From Klebsormidium nitens (Eukaryota; Plantae; Klebsormidiophyceae): a DNA stretch of 64,000 nucleotides. Both the position numbers and the translations under genes were made by a program. The stretch covers positions 1 through 64,000 of the forward strand of contig DF237200.1 of NCBI GenBank assembly GCA_000708835.1, written 5' to 3'. The notes beneath the pieces were generated by a model that worked only from the letters and a program-made list of their open reading frames with translations, was not told the origin of the DNA and did not search any database. Positions 1 to 11,777 of this stretch are shown piece after piece; the stretch's first letter is position 1, and every line of letters starts with the position of its first letter.

Positions 1-47
1 AAATATATTCCTCCCCGCTTACAGCCAGCCGGCAGATTTGGAGTTTT

Positions 48-216
48 TTAGGCAGGAGACTTAAGGTTTTCTCCTACTTTTACTCTTCTGCATGCTCTTT
101 CTGGTTTCCTTCTGGGTGTGTGCATCTTGATCTGGTCGATGCACTTAGCCCATGTCTCCTTGATCTGGGTCAGCTCGTGCCAGAGCCGCCCGGCCAGCCC
201 CTCGACACAGAAACAG
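48..216 (-). CDS. Possible terminal exon of an unknown gene
   Basis: TTTGCAG acceptor at 217-223 is followed by an open frame CFCVEGLAGRLWHELTQIKETWAKCIDQIKMHTPRRKP...SPA ending in TAA at 48-50. No homology recognised and upstream exons not resolved. Confidence 0.2.
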
Positions 217-3200
217 CTGCAAACGATTTGCCAGCGGCTGTGTTTGTGAGGTCAGAAGCGCTGCGTTATTCTTGAACTCGAGGTGGAATCTTACTTGACG
301 ACCCAATCTTGCGAAAACTGGTAATGACATGCCGGAGCCTGGCAAGCACAAGATTTTTCCAGGTCATACTCTGGATCGGTGAACGCCATCGGGAAGCCAG
401 CTTCTTTCCGCTGAAAACGACACATCTGATCGCGCGTAATCAGCGGATTGGCAGCTTGATTAGTATCACTAGAGCGTTTCACACCATTGGTCACCTTAAC
501 CTTCCGGTTGCAGTCTGGATCATTGAGGACGATTAAAAGGGACCTCCAGACAATGATCAGCCCATACGTTGTCGCGCGCACAGATTGCTTTACTCTGAAG
601 CCTTTGCGTAGCCGGCTTGATTTTCTCTGCTGGTGGCCCCAAGCTTCACGCGCATCTTCGTAAGCCGCCGTTGATGCCCGCCGATCTGAGTTTGATCGAT
701 CGACAAATGTTGCAGATTCCTGACGATTGCCTTGCTGCTTTCTGCGTCTAGCTTCCTTTTTGCCAACGGGCCGGCCCGGACATCACTGTTTTTTGCAAGC
801 GGGTACATTTGGAACAATTATTGTGGATTCATCGCACATCCGCACGCTTGGTGAACGCATTTCCTGTTCGCCCTTGAGAGGGATCATAAAGCCGGACAAC
901 ACTCTCAAGGATTGCTGGTATAATAGTCGATCCCTGGGCAACCTCTGTCATGATCCCCATTGCTTGGGTGTTATGATTGGCTGGTCTGAGAGGCCGATAT
1001 GCTGCAATGCTGGCAAGAAAACGCGTTCGATAGGACGGCGCTTGCGTTATCCCTTGTCAACGGGTTTTGAGCTGCAAGGGTAGTTTACTGATATACAAAG
1101 TTCTTCCCAGAAAGAAATCCGTTTGCATCACTTTCTGCGCCGGTCTTGTTGCTAGACTTCATGTCATTGCGCACAGATGGACAACTCATCAAAAAGACTC
1201 TTGCATCGAGTGTTGCGTAGGTGATGCGCTTGCTCATCAAGGCATTAAAGATATAATGTGGTCGCACATATTGAAAGTCTCATAAGTCGCGACGTGTTTT
1301 AGCTAAGCTGATTGAACAGGTGGTAGCTGATGCCTGTACATGTGCCAAGCTGACCTCCGCTAGTGCCCTCGATCTGCCGGCATATACGTCATGTAATAGA
1401 GTGCGCGTGCTGGGTGTGTCAGACCTGGCTGTGAATGATCCGCCTTGTGGGGCACATTGCAAGCTCCATGTCTCTTTTCCTGTTGGAGCGCAGCTGAGCC
1501 AGTGTATCGAGTCAAACACATGACGTGCAAGGCCCCGCCAAACCTCCTTACTACGCAACAAATCATAGAGACGACGACCGGACAAGGTGGATTCTTTTGT
1601 GCAGCAATCTCGCCCCAAGTGTGATTAATTCTTCTTAGTACTGCCGGTTCTTGAGGTTTTCCGCGGCTTTATAGGTCCCCTCGCTAAATGATGATCAGCT
1701 GGATGGAAACCTTTCCTTCAACATGGGACGTGTAACGTGGCCGTCAATCCCCGATTCTTTTTACGGATCCATCATCCTTTTAATGGAAACAGCCGTTCTA
1801 ATATTCTTCAGAAGGCCATCGGTGGTTTCCTCGAGGGGACATGACGCAACTCTAGACTGATTCCCGGTCCTCCAAATCGATCCAAGATCAGGCGGCTTTG
1901 TAAGAAAAGCTTCCGCGGCAATTCTTTCTGTCGCTTGCCAAGAATTGCCAAGGGGGTTCAAGGCAATCGACTCTGCTTCAGAATTCTCTGAGTTGTTTCG
2001 CATCCCTCAATTTGACCATTGTTTGAGAATGAGGTCGCCCACCAAAGCTTTGGATGCTCGACTCAAATTAGTCCAGTTTCAAATGGTTGATGAGGTCGGA
2101 CGTTTCGACCCTGGTAAATCCCACCATAGCTGATAGGTCCGCCTGTTCATAAGCTATGAGAACAGGCGCTCCCATGAGAAGATGCACGCCACTTCTCACG
2201 GGTTGTTTGCTGTGAAGGCTAGCCTTGTTGACGCACTTGCAGGTGTACAATTTCAATCGATTGTATGTGCGGGCATTTGTTGGCAGTGAGATCGACGCCT
2301 GGAATTGAGGTGCATCACTTTGCAATACTTCGGAGTGAATGATCAAGATGGTCGAGCGCTGGCAGAGTTACCAGCTGCCGTGAGGAACCAATGTAAGACT
2401 GGTCTCTTAACAAGTAGCAAAAGCCTGCTGCACTGCTTCCTCTCTTCAACGTCCTGTAAAGACGTCAAGGGCATGAAGGAACTGCGAACGAAGGAACTGT
2501 GGCGGCTATGATACATTAGCCGGTCTTAGAGAGCGATTCTCATTGAATGGACCCCGGTCGATGTTTGAAGCCTGTACAACCGTCGTGATGCATATGCTTA
2601 TCAAAACATCTTTTGCTCGTTGTGAAATGCTCCTGGAGATTTTCAAAGGCCCGGGGGGGGGAGTGCGCTTCTTCCCGGCTCCTGCCAGCCACGCTCTTCA
2701 CACTGCCGTCTTTGTGTTGTTTTGGAGACTAAACGCCTTCACGTAGAAACCGCGATGGTCGGGCACGCAGCATATCAGTCCAATTGCAGATGACCATCGG
2801 CAGGCCTCAACCAACTAGTTGTTCTGCACCATCTTAAATTAATCCCACTATATATTACCGACCGCTACCACGCTGCTAGCCTTCGCGGTCCGCCGCCTTC
2901 TTTTCCTGAAGCTTGACAGGTATTCCAGATGCTTGAGAAGCACCTCGCCGTTGGATACTGCAGTGCGTCAAATCTTTCCTCCAGGGTTTTGCATAGTTTC
3001 GAGCACGATCCGAAGGGTCGCTCGTTTGTATCATGCTGCTTTCACCTGTTTTCAAAGACGAGGCCACCTTTACTGCGGAGCCGCTTATGCGCATTTGTCT
3101 AGCTATGGGCTGACAGCCGTGACTAAAGAGAATCGGGCTCCGCCCAGATTTCCAGTCGTTGTGTCCTGAGGCTGTTTCGTGTACCCTCGTTGTCTTCAGA

Positions 3201-3984
3201 AGTAAAGCAAGCCAATCCGCTCTGCGGCTTCTTAAGACCACTCCGAAGATGATACGCAGCTCACGAAATGGTTCGAGGACTTTGAATTTGTGTTCACCCT
3301 CTGTGCTGTCTATCGCTGACGTTGTTTGACGCAAGGTCCCTGTTTGTTATCCTACTTCTGGCAGCGCGCTCGGTTTAGCCAGCAGCTTTACGTTCTTTTA
3401 CTACCCTCATGTCCGTTTGCCCCAGATTCTTGTTACTTTTCTGCTGCAGAAGTTCGATTTCATTGGCACCATACTGGGTCCCTGGCTGTGAACGACACAT
3501 GTTGGTGAAGCACGGCGGCAAGCTTCGCCATAACGCTCAATCTCGTGGCACGTCAGTTCGAGCCAGTATGAGTAGTCAGAAGCGTGGGAGGCTCCCCCCG
3601 ATGCCCACTTCTGGTGATTTATCGGTTTCCTCGCTAGAAAATGGCCGCGAGAAAATAATTCTAGCTCGAAGTTTAGCACCTTGATGTGTATCGTCACCGT
3701 CATGCTCTTCCGGGCTCCCGATGAAGGAAGGCGCCCCTGGTTCCCTCGATCTAGTTCGAATTCGAAGAGGCCAGATCATCAAGTGCACGGGCTTTTCAGA
3801 GGGGACTGTTAAGCCAATTTGTCGAGCCTCAAATGTAAAGCTTCCAATATGCACGTGGCGCCACAAGAGTGACTTTTTGATGCTATGCTCCTTGAAGAAC
3901 ATCTGTCCACGCACCTTAAAAAATCGCTCGCGAAAGAGTGCATTCTAGGCTTCGACGCCGCCGCATGGGTGATCGGGCGCACGC

Positions 3985-4070
3985 GCCACAATCAGACGGC
4001 GCGCGGTCGGGCGCGCTGGCCCGCGGGGTCGGGCGCGCAAGCGCGCGCGCGAGACTTGCGCTCTAAGCGC
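3985..4070 (+). promoter_or_regulatory. CGCG-rich island 1 ending in the shared 17-mer ACTTGCGCTCTAAGCGC (4054-4070)
   Basis: GC-rich CGCG run directly followed by a motif that recurs at 6156, 7561 and 8994. Function is inferred. Confidence 0.35.
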
Positions 4071-6117
4071 CTACGCGTTGTGCAACTTGTGGATCAAACA
4101 TAATGAAGTGTTTACATCTCGGCGAAGCAGTCTTTGAAACCATTGTAAGTCAGCGAGAACATCAAGTTCAGCACTCTTACCAGCTTGCCGTGCAGCAACG
4201 ACTCCGAGACTGTGCGCCGCTTCAGCCTCTCTCCATATCGAATGTCTGCGGCTTTATAGAAGCAGATTGGTCCCCAGTGACGTACTGGATTGGATTAGCT
4301 TGCAGGCTTGAAAGTACGTGAGCCTTTGCTTCCGGCTCCTTGGCGCGCTGCTCTCGATATCAAAAGAAGGGTACGGCAGAAGTATGCGTCACGGAGCTCT
4401 GATCGTTCAAAACTCCATCTCATGAATCCTGGGGCTAGGAAGAAAGAAGGAGGCGGTGGGTTCCATCTGTACCCAGATAAGTTTCTTGAGGCCACTAATG
4501 ACAGTGACGAGTTACTGAGGTTGCGCGTTCAAGACGTCTTCTTAGATTGAACTTATGGTTCCTTGATCATGCAAAATCATAGACGCTGCCCGTCTCATTT
4601 GGTGAGATTCGAGAACGCTGGGGCACTCGTGACATAAATGCGTGAAGTGCTTGAACAAAGTTTCTGTACTCCTCGTTGAGCGCAAAAAGCTTTTCAATGC
4701 AAGCGGAATCTGGTCAGATGTTGTTGCCTTCGGTTGCACTCAGGATTAGACATCGTCACCGCTGCGTTTCGTTCGTCAACGCTGTAACTTTGTGTCGTAG
4801 CTCCTTTCAGTGCTTTTCCTCCAATTCTTTATGGTTACGTTTTGCGATCGCGCTGATCCCCCGCTAAGTTACACGATTTCTGGTCATAGGGCGCTGCTTT
4901 CAAGTTGCATCCTTTGGTCGCGGGGCGAAGAAGGGTACGCATGCTGGTCATGTCCTTTGCCAATCATATCGTGCGTACTTCAATCTTTCTGAGCCGGCTC
5001 GCCGTCGTCTTACTATTACTGATTTCTGCAGTGGGAAAGATTTTTGAATGATCTCGACGTATGCGCCGCGAAAATGTTCGTGGGCCTCTTTGCACCGGCT
5101 GTACCTCGCTTCCGTTCTCCCCCTTTGGATGTTTGCACATATGGTGGTCCTGTCGAAGACCTGTGGAGGTGATTAAATAGCGTCCCTTCAATGCTTTTTT
5201 GGGAACACGTTTCGTGCCCGTTTGTTGAAGAAGACGGGATCCCGGTCAGGAGTCCTGCACGGGCGGCTTTGATCGGTCATTCAACCAGCCAGAACCACAA
5301 TGGATGGGAGCTGCATAACGCTGGAATGTATGCACAAGTCGTTTTCTAGTAAATGATGCTTTGCCATGCTAGCCTTTTTTTGGAAGATGGCTGTCATTGC
5401 CACAATTTCCTTGGCATGGCCCCTTGTACTACCAGAGGATGCCGGAGTCTTTCGAGAGTGTGTATCTCCCACATATAAAAAGGTCGTACCGGCAAATCTA
5501 GACGTACCTTTCACACTCCGAAAGTTGGTAAGATTGCTCTACGTTGACATCTATCCTTTGAATTTTGGGTGGCGCTGGCAAGGATTGATCACAGCCGTTG
5601 GGGCGGGCGGACACCTCAACATATTCTTGCATGCGGTTCCATTATAAATGCCAAAGGCCAGCGCTCGTTTCTTACGAGGGTCAACCGCAAGCGCCCATCA
5701 TGCATTCCTTGGTTGATTTTGACCAACGATTCGACTTTGAAGGAAGCGCAACCGATCTCGTGCCAGCACACACAACGGGCCCCGAGTCGGTGATCTTGAG
5801 GATCCTCTTGACGTGTCGCTATGAACACAACCACTGAATCCAGCATGACCGCAATCTACCATCTTCTCTCGTTTGGATCTGACACTGCGTGAGGGCAGAA
5901 TGCGTTAAAGGGTACGGGACGGGATAATCCTTTTGCTGTTGCCTGGCCATGATGCGAGAAGGAAGCTCGGGAGCGAGAGATCGCCGCCCCCACGCATTGA
6001 CTACTCCGGCTTCTCTTAGCCAGGCGCCGGCGCCTTTCCTCCTGATAGCTAACCGTTCATCATTATCTTCGTGTGTCTATTTGGGAAATTATCACAAAGT
6101 GCCACATTCAGAAGGCA

Positions 6118-6172
6118 TTGCGCGCGCGCGAGCGCCGCGGGGGCGCGGGCGCGCGGCTTGAGCTCTAGGCGC
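6118..6172 (+). promoter_or_regulatory. CGCG-rich island 2 ending in GCTTGAGCTCTAGGCGC (6156-6172)
   Basis: Same layout as island 1. The downstream GGCGAA..CTTGAA..ATTGTAA..GCGAG also resembles the sequence after island 1. Confidence 0.35.
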
Positions 6173-7494
6173 ATGCCAGTTCAGGGCGAATCTATCCTTG
6201 AAGGATTGTAATATGCGAGTTTACCAAAAGCCCCTTGAAAGCGTCCAATCCGACGGGGCCGTGCGTTGAGAATTTTTAACGAAAAGCCTTGCGACGATCC
6301 CAGAAACCAGGCTGTGCACGGCTGGAAAGCGTGCCCCTCCGGTTGTCGAGTTCAGATGGCAGCCCTTTCTCCACACACGGGCCACATGATTGGAAACTGC
6401 AGTGGATTAACAAGGTGTGGCAATGTTGCCGCCTCCGAAGGTGCCGGCTGTCTTGACGCGGAAGCGCGTGCGTTTCCTGCTATCCTCAGAAACTTCGTCG
6501 ACGTTTTCTCAAACCGTCTGGTTCGAATTCAAAGCAAGTATGCAGCTTTCTGGTCCTTGAGCTTTCGTGGTATAATAGGCCGCGCGAAGTACTTGCGTCT
6601 ACCGTCCCCCGTTTGTGGGTCATCTTTCCGTCTTTTTGGGTCAAGTTACAGTCTTCGTGGGCCAGGAAGAGGTTGCGACCTTGGACAGTATGTAGCCAAC
6701 GGCTTGTAAAAGGTTCTGCCAAGCTATTCGACCCAAAGAAATTCTTCAATTCCGTCTCCATCTGCGTGCTATGCATCGCTCAATGCTTCCTGTGTACCTT
6801 GACCGGATTGAAAAAGATTTTCTGCGGTCTTCTTCCTTCAATGCGTCATATCAAACTTCTTTGGAGCTAGTTTTTCCGTCGCTTGTACAAGCGGCGGTTT
6901 TGATACTTGGAAGCGGGTCTGATCGCCGCGTCCTGATCAATATGACGGAATCAGGACTGCTTTCTGGAATACCCTGGCAGTAATTGGCACTATAACGTAT
7001 CCACTTGACTTTCAATTTTGAAAGGCCTTGGCGTACTGTTCGGAGCACGCTCTGCCCCTTTACAGAGTCATCAAGAAGGACAAACCAAACAGCTGACTTT
7101 GGGATGAGTTCCGCCGCGGATCACTTTTTCTAATTGCTTTTCAATATTACATTCCTTGAAGTATGAAAAAAAGAGTGGAGTCTTATTCAAGGGCCATTGT
7201 TTATCTGGGACATAGTACTGGTCGTACGATAGAAGAGTCGCATCCTCTTCCAGGGCGACCAGCGTCAAAGCAGGAACGTCGAAACCGCAGGCTGCCAGAT
7301 GTGGGAGGACGCTGCAAATGATGCCAGAGTTATGCCATGGAAAGAAGTGCAGTGCGCTGCTGGGCGGGAATGGAACCAGTTGCGATTGTGAATTTAGAAC
7401 CGAGCCCATTTGAATCAAGGCTGCTTAAGAACTCATTTTTATGAATTTTCACGTTATAATCGTCTGCGAGACGCTGCTTTTGGCCTTGCTTCCT

Positions 7495-7577
7495 TACGCC
7501 GCGGCATGAATACTACTGCGCGAGCGCCACATCTATGTAGGAGGCGCGCGCGCAGGCGGAACTGGAGCTCTGAGCGC
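7495..7577 (+). promoter_or_regulatory. CGCG-rich island 3 ending in ACTGGAGCTCTGAGCGC (7561-7577)
   Basis: Same layout as islands 1 and 2. Confidence 0.3.
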
Positions 7578-8849
7578 GGAAGCGCCTGACATGCTGGTGC
7601 AGTAGTAGGTTCAGTCACTTTTCCCGTGAAATAAATGACTCTTACAAATAAGAAGAGGTTCTCAAACTTCATTTTGTTCACACGCGGTGCCGATCACGGT
7701 TTCACCACACTTCAAAAAAGCTGGAATCAACTATGATTTATCTTTCGGCGAAGCTGGCGAGGATTGAAAGACCTGGCGGTGCGCCCAAACATAATCCACT
7801 CTTACTGATCTATGATTGCCAGAGGCTCATTCCTCGTTTGGTATAAAGTCAATCAGTCTACAAAACAAATGGAGGAGTTGCGGCGGAAGATGCCCCTCTC
7901 GGCGACGCTGCTGCTTGCCAAGAACAAGCCTTTTTACTTATCTGAAAACCGAATCCCGAAGTCCAAATCCCCAAGGCTGAGATTATGAGATTAAACGCCC
8001 ATCATGCTTTCTGCGGTTGATGTTAACGAACGGGTCGAGTTGGAAAGATTTGATCTTTGAGCCAGTACACTCACGGGCCACGAAGTGTGTATAATAGTCT
8101 CCTTGACAGGGCGCTTTTCGCCAGCGTTGGCAGGGTCGAACAGACCGCAGCTTATCTTTTCTCAATGAAAACAGAACTGACTGTGGGCGAGGGCTATTTG
8201 CATAGAATATTAGGGACGGGCTACGCCTTTGCGTAATCTTCCCTGGCCAGGATGCGCCAAAGGAACTTGGGTGGGAGGCCGCCCCACAGTTCTCCCTTGA
8301 ATTCTGCTGAGCTAGCGCCATCGCCTCTTCTTCGTAAGAAGTTGAAAATCATTCATGTTACTTCTTTTGCCCGTGCAGTATGAGTTTTGTGCTTGCTGAC
8401 TTGCTGTCTTCGACCCTACCAACGCCTCTGAAAGTCAAACTCCTCCCCTGATTTGCATGGTGGGGCTCATAAGACGTTCGCCGGTTATGACTAAGCTCGA
8501 GCACGGCCGTGCACTTATACGGTTTCTAAAGGAACTGTGCCAAACGTGTAATGAAAATTGTAAACGTCTCAGACGTGAACTGGTTATACTTCGAAGGTGG
8601 ATTCAGTGGATTGAATTTGGTTGTACTTGGTTGGGCTTTTTGTCTGTCCCAGCTTCATGATTCGCTTCCAGTCGAAAGCGAGGTGGCGTTATAGTGTGCC
8701 AACTACGACTAAGTTTGGCTTGCTGCTGTTGCTCCGGTCCATTGGTCTTACCGATTTGCCCGCGGAACGCTGATTGCATCTTGCTTTCGTGTGCCTCGGC
8801 TTGGTCGCTATGCGAGCGCCACTTTCAGCATTCATTGCGCATGAACGGT

Positions 8850-9010
8850 CGCACGGTCCGCGCGCGTGGGTGTGCGCGCCGGTCACAGGCAGGCGCGGGC
8901 GAGCGCGGGCCGCGGTCTCCGCGAGCGCAAGCGGCGGGCGGGAGGGCGTGCGCGCGGGCATTAGCGTCGCGGGGGGGCGAGCGCACGGACGGGACTTGAG
9001 CTGTCAGTAC
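8850..9010 (+). promoter_or_regulatory. CGCG-rich island 4 ending in ACTTGAGCTGTCAGTAC (8994-9010)
   Basis: Longest island, with the most diverged copy of the motif. Confidence 0.3.
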
Positions 9011-11777
9011 AGCTCATTCTCGCTGCATCGAGAACGGCTGTGAACTGGCCTTTGAACACATCGTCGGGCCATTCAGACTTTGCGGAGACCGAGGACGCTT
9101 TTTCCTACTGTGACTCATATAAACAGCCTTTCTTCAGACAAATAAAGTTGAAAGCCCTCGTGGTGTGGAAAAGGTGTCGCTGTTTTGATGGCTCGACGGT
9201 GCTGTACAAAACCGGCGCGGCGCCCGCATGTTTTCAAATACATGTAGTCACGAGCGTCGTTTGCTCGAACCGTTCCGTTTGACGCCACGGGCCAGAAGCG
9301 CAGATCTCTGTGCGGATGTAAACGGCACGAAGCTTAGAAGCTGCAAGTCGCGCTACTGTGGTTCATCATTCTATCCTTCGTACGCAAACATTGAGCTGGC
9401 CAGGATGAAGGTCGATCTTGGTTCAATGCCAATTGTAGAAGTTTCTCTGAGCCAGATTACTCAATCCAAGCGTCCGTCGCTGCTACATCTCTGCCTCTGT
9501 GCCCAGTAACCCGGTTCTTCCCTGGTCGCTCTTCAGGGCTGAGCAACGCTCGTCCCCAGCTTCTGTCACGAATCGAGTGCGCGGCTTGGGGACTGCGCTG
9601 TTCCATCTTCCGGTCCGTCACCAGACTTACAGAGAAAGCTCCATAGGGCTCCGTTAATGTATAATATGTCCTCTTGAACGTCTTCAAATCTTCCTTTATC
9701 ACCATCTCATATTCTGACGCCGTTCGTCGGTTCGGTCTCAACCCTACTCCTTTACGTGCTCGAGAGCAAGACTGCTTATCTTTCAAATCCCTGGAAAAGT
9801 GGACTGGTGTAGGCTTGTGATATGCGCTTGAAAGCCTTCGGCGTCGCTTCTCGGCGCCCTGCCCTTAATAAAGTCAAAGAGTATGGACAATTATGGATCG
9901 GATTATTCTTCCAAAATCAAAGTCTAATCTGTTCAAGGCCGCGGCCAGGATAAAAGGACCCGGTGGGATCAAAATGGACCCACTTTCCCGCCGGGAAAGA
10001 TTCCTTGAAGCCATCTGCTCAGTTGGCGACTGGGAGGCGGCGCTTATCGTACCAGGTCATGAAGAAACTTCTCTTCTGTTGATTGGAGTCGTGCTTTGTC
10101 TTCAACGCCAATGATAAGAATATGATTGACCGGCCAGTCAGTCTTGCACCCATTAAGCATGTTTCCAGGGGACTTTCTGACGTCGATCTTTGGGCATTTA
10201 CTGCAGGTGAACTTTGACGCACTGACACCGAGCAACACTTGATTTCAGCACCGTGCTTTCAAAATCGTGGCCGTTAGAATCGACGGCACGCTCGATGACT
10301 GTACTGTTACGGTAGTGGGGACACAGGCCTGGCGAGATCAGTAAGATACAGGAAACAAACCGTCAGGAAACATCAACGTACAGTATCAGGGGCGACGATT
10401 TTTTACAACCAACTCTAAAGAAAAGATCTGAAGGACTGTATGCACCAGACGGGGCGGCATCCCGAAACTACTCAACCCAGATCTCTTGGCTTCGACGTTG
10501 GCATCCTTCGGTTACCTCAGGCTATCCGATTGTGGTCACGCGCGCACTACGGAGGCGGCCTATAAGTTGCTCAATCACACGACTTACACTCCGAAGGCGG
10601 CGGATGCCACCTCAAGTGAATTCCCTCATGCTCGTTTAAGGTCCTGAAGTCATGTATGCGTCGGATCGATTCATGCATAGGCTAGCTGCGCGACAGTGCA
10701 GATGGCAGTGGATGGCCGATCAAGCGGAAAATGAATGGCAGAGTGAGTCAGTCTTGTCAGCAAAATTACCGGCCTCATATCGAGCTTAGCGCCTGGCATG
10801 CATGAACGTAGTAGCAATTGAGCGCATGATATGAACGGAATACATTGCCTCCGACGTTCCGACGTCCGCTCGCGGACTTATACATCTGTTGAGCGGTCGT
10901 CGGGGCAGATTGATATAACCAAAGAACAACTTTCAGCAAAATGGGTGCATGATGAAATCCCGACCATACGCGGCAGCTAGATGAAAGGGTCGTGAAACAT
11001 GTATATACAAGCGACATCATGCAACGATCCAACCACGCGCGGTGGCCAACTATAAGAGGCCGGGCCGCTCTTCCATGATCGTACGCTAGAGAATGGCTTG
11101 AATGATAAGCGGCATGTGTGGCGCGGCGGGGCCCCCGGTCGCTCAGTGGGCCTGTCCGCGGCACGGCGCCCGTGCCGTTTGGGCGCGCCCCTACCATGTG
11201 CCGCGCAGGCCAGCCAGCGCTGTGCCGCACGCGCGCCGCCGGCAGTGCGGCGCAGTGCGGCAGCTGCTGGTATGTGCATACCTCAGTAAGTCTTGTCTGC
11301 AACCAACACTTTGGCAATATGTAGAAGCCAATTGAATGATGTGCAAAGAAAGTCAAGCTAGCCATGCACTGAGGACAGAATTGCAATAATTGTCACACTC
11401 GACTTGGCTTCAGGTGTTTGAGAGTGTTTCACACCAACCAGAGTGGCGGAGACACTAATAAAAGGAGACTGCTTTGATAGTTTTGCTGCACGGAGAGCAC
11501 GCCCAATTGGCGCAAGGGCTCGGTCATGTTACTGCTACCAAACGCTTTAGAAACGTGCAAACCTACGTCAATAGCCTAGGCAGGGACTTGACTCAAACCA
11601 TGGACTAGCAGCTTGATCGTCACAGATATCCGGCCGGAAAGTTGTGACGAGCTTGGTACGTCACACGCAAGGTTAAACCAACAAGAATGGACAACATTGG
11701 AAGCTGAGTCGATATATTTTAATAACTGGATATCTTGCGATGCAATTCGTCGTTTAAAGACGATTTAAGGCTAACGG

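Noticed and set aside
6520-6530. tRNA T-loop-like GGTTCGAATTC
   Set aside because: No acceptor, D or anticodon stems in the flanks.
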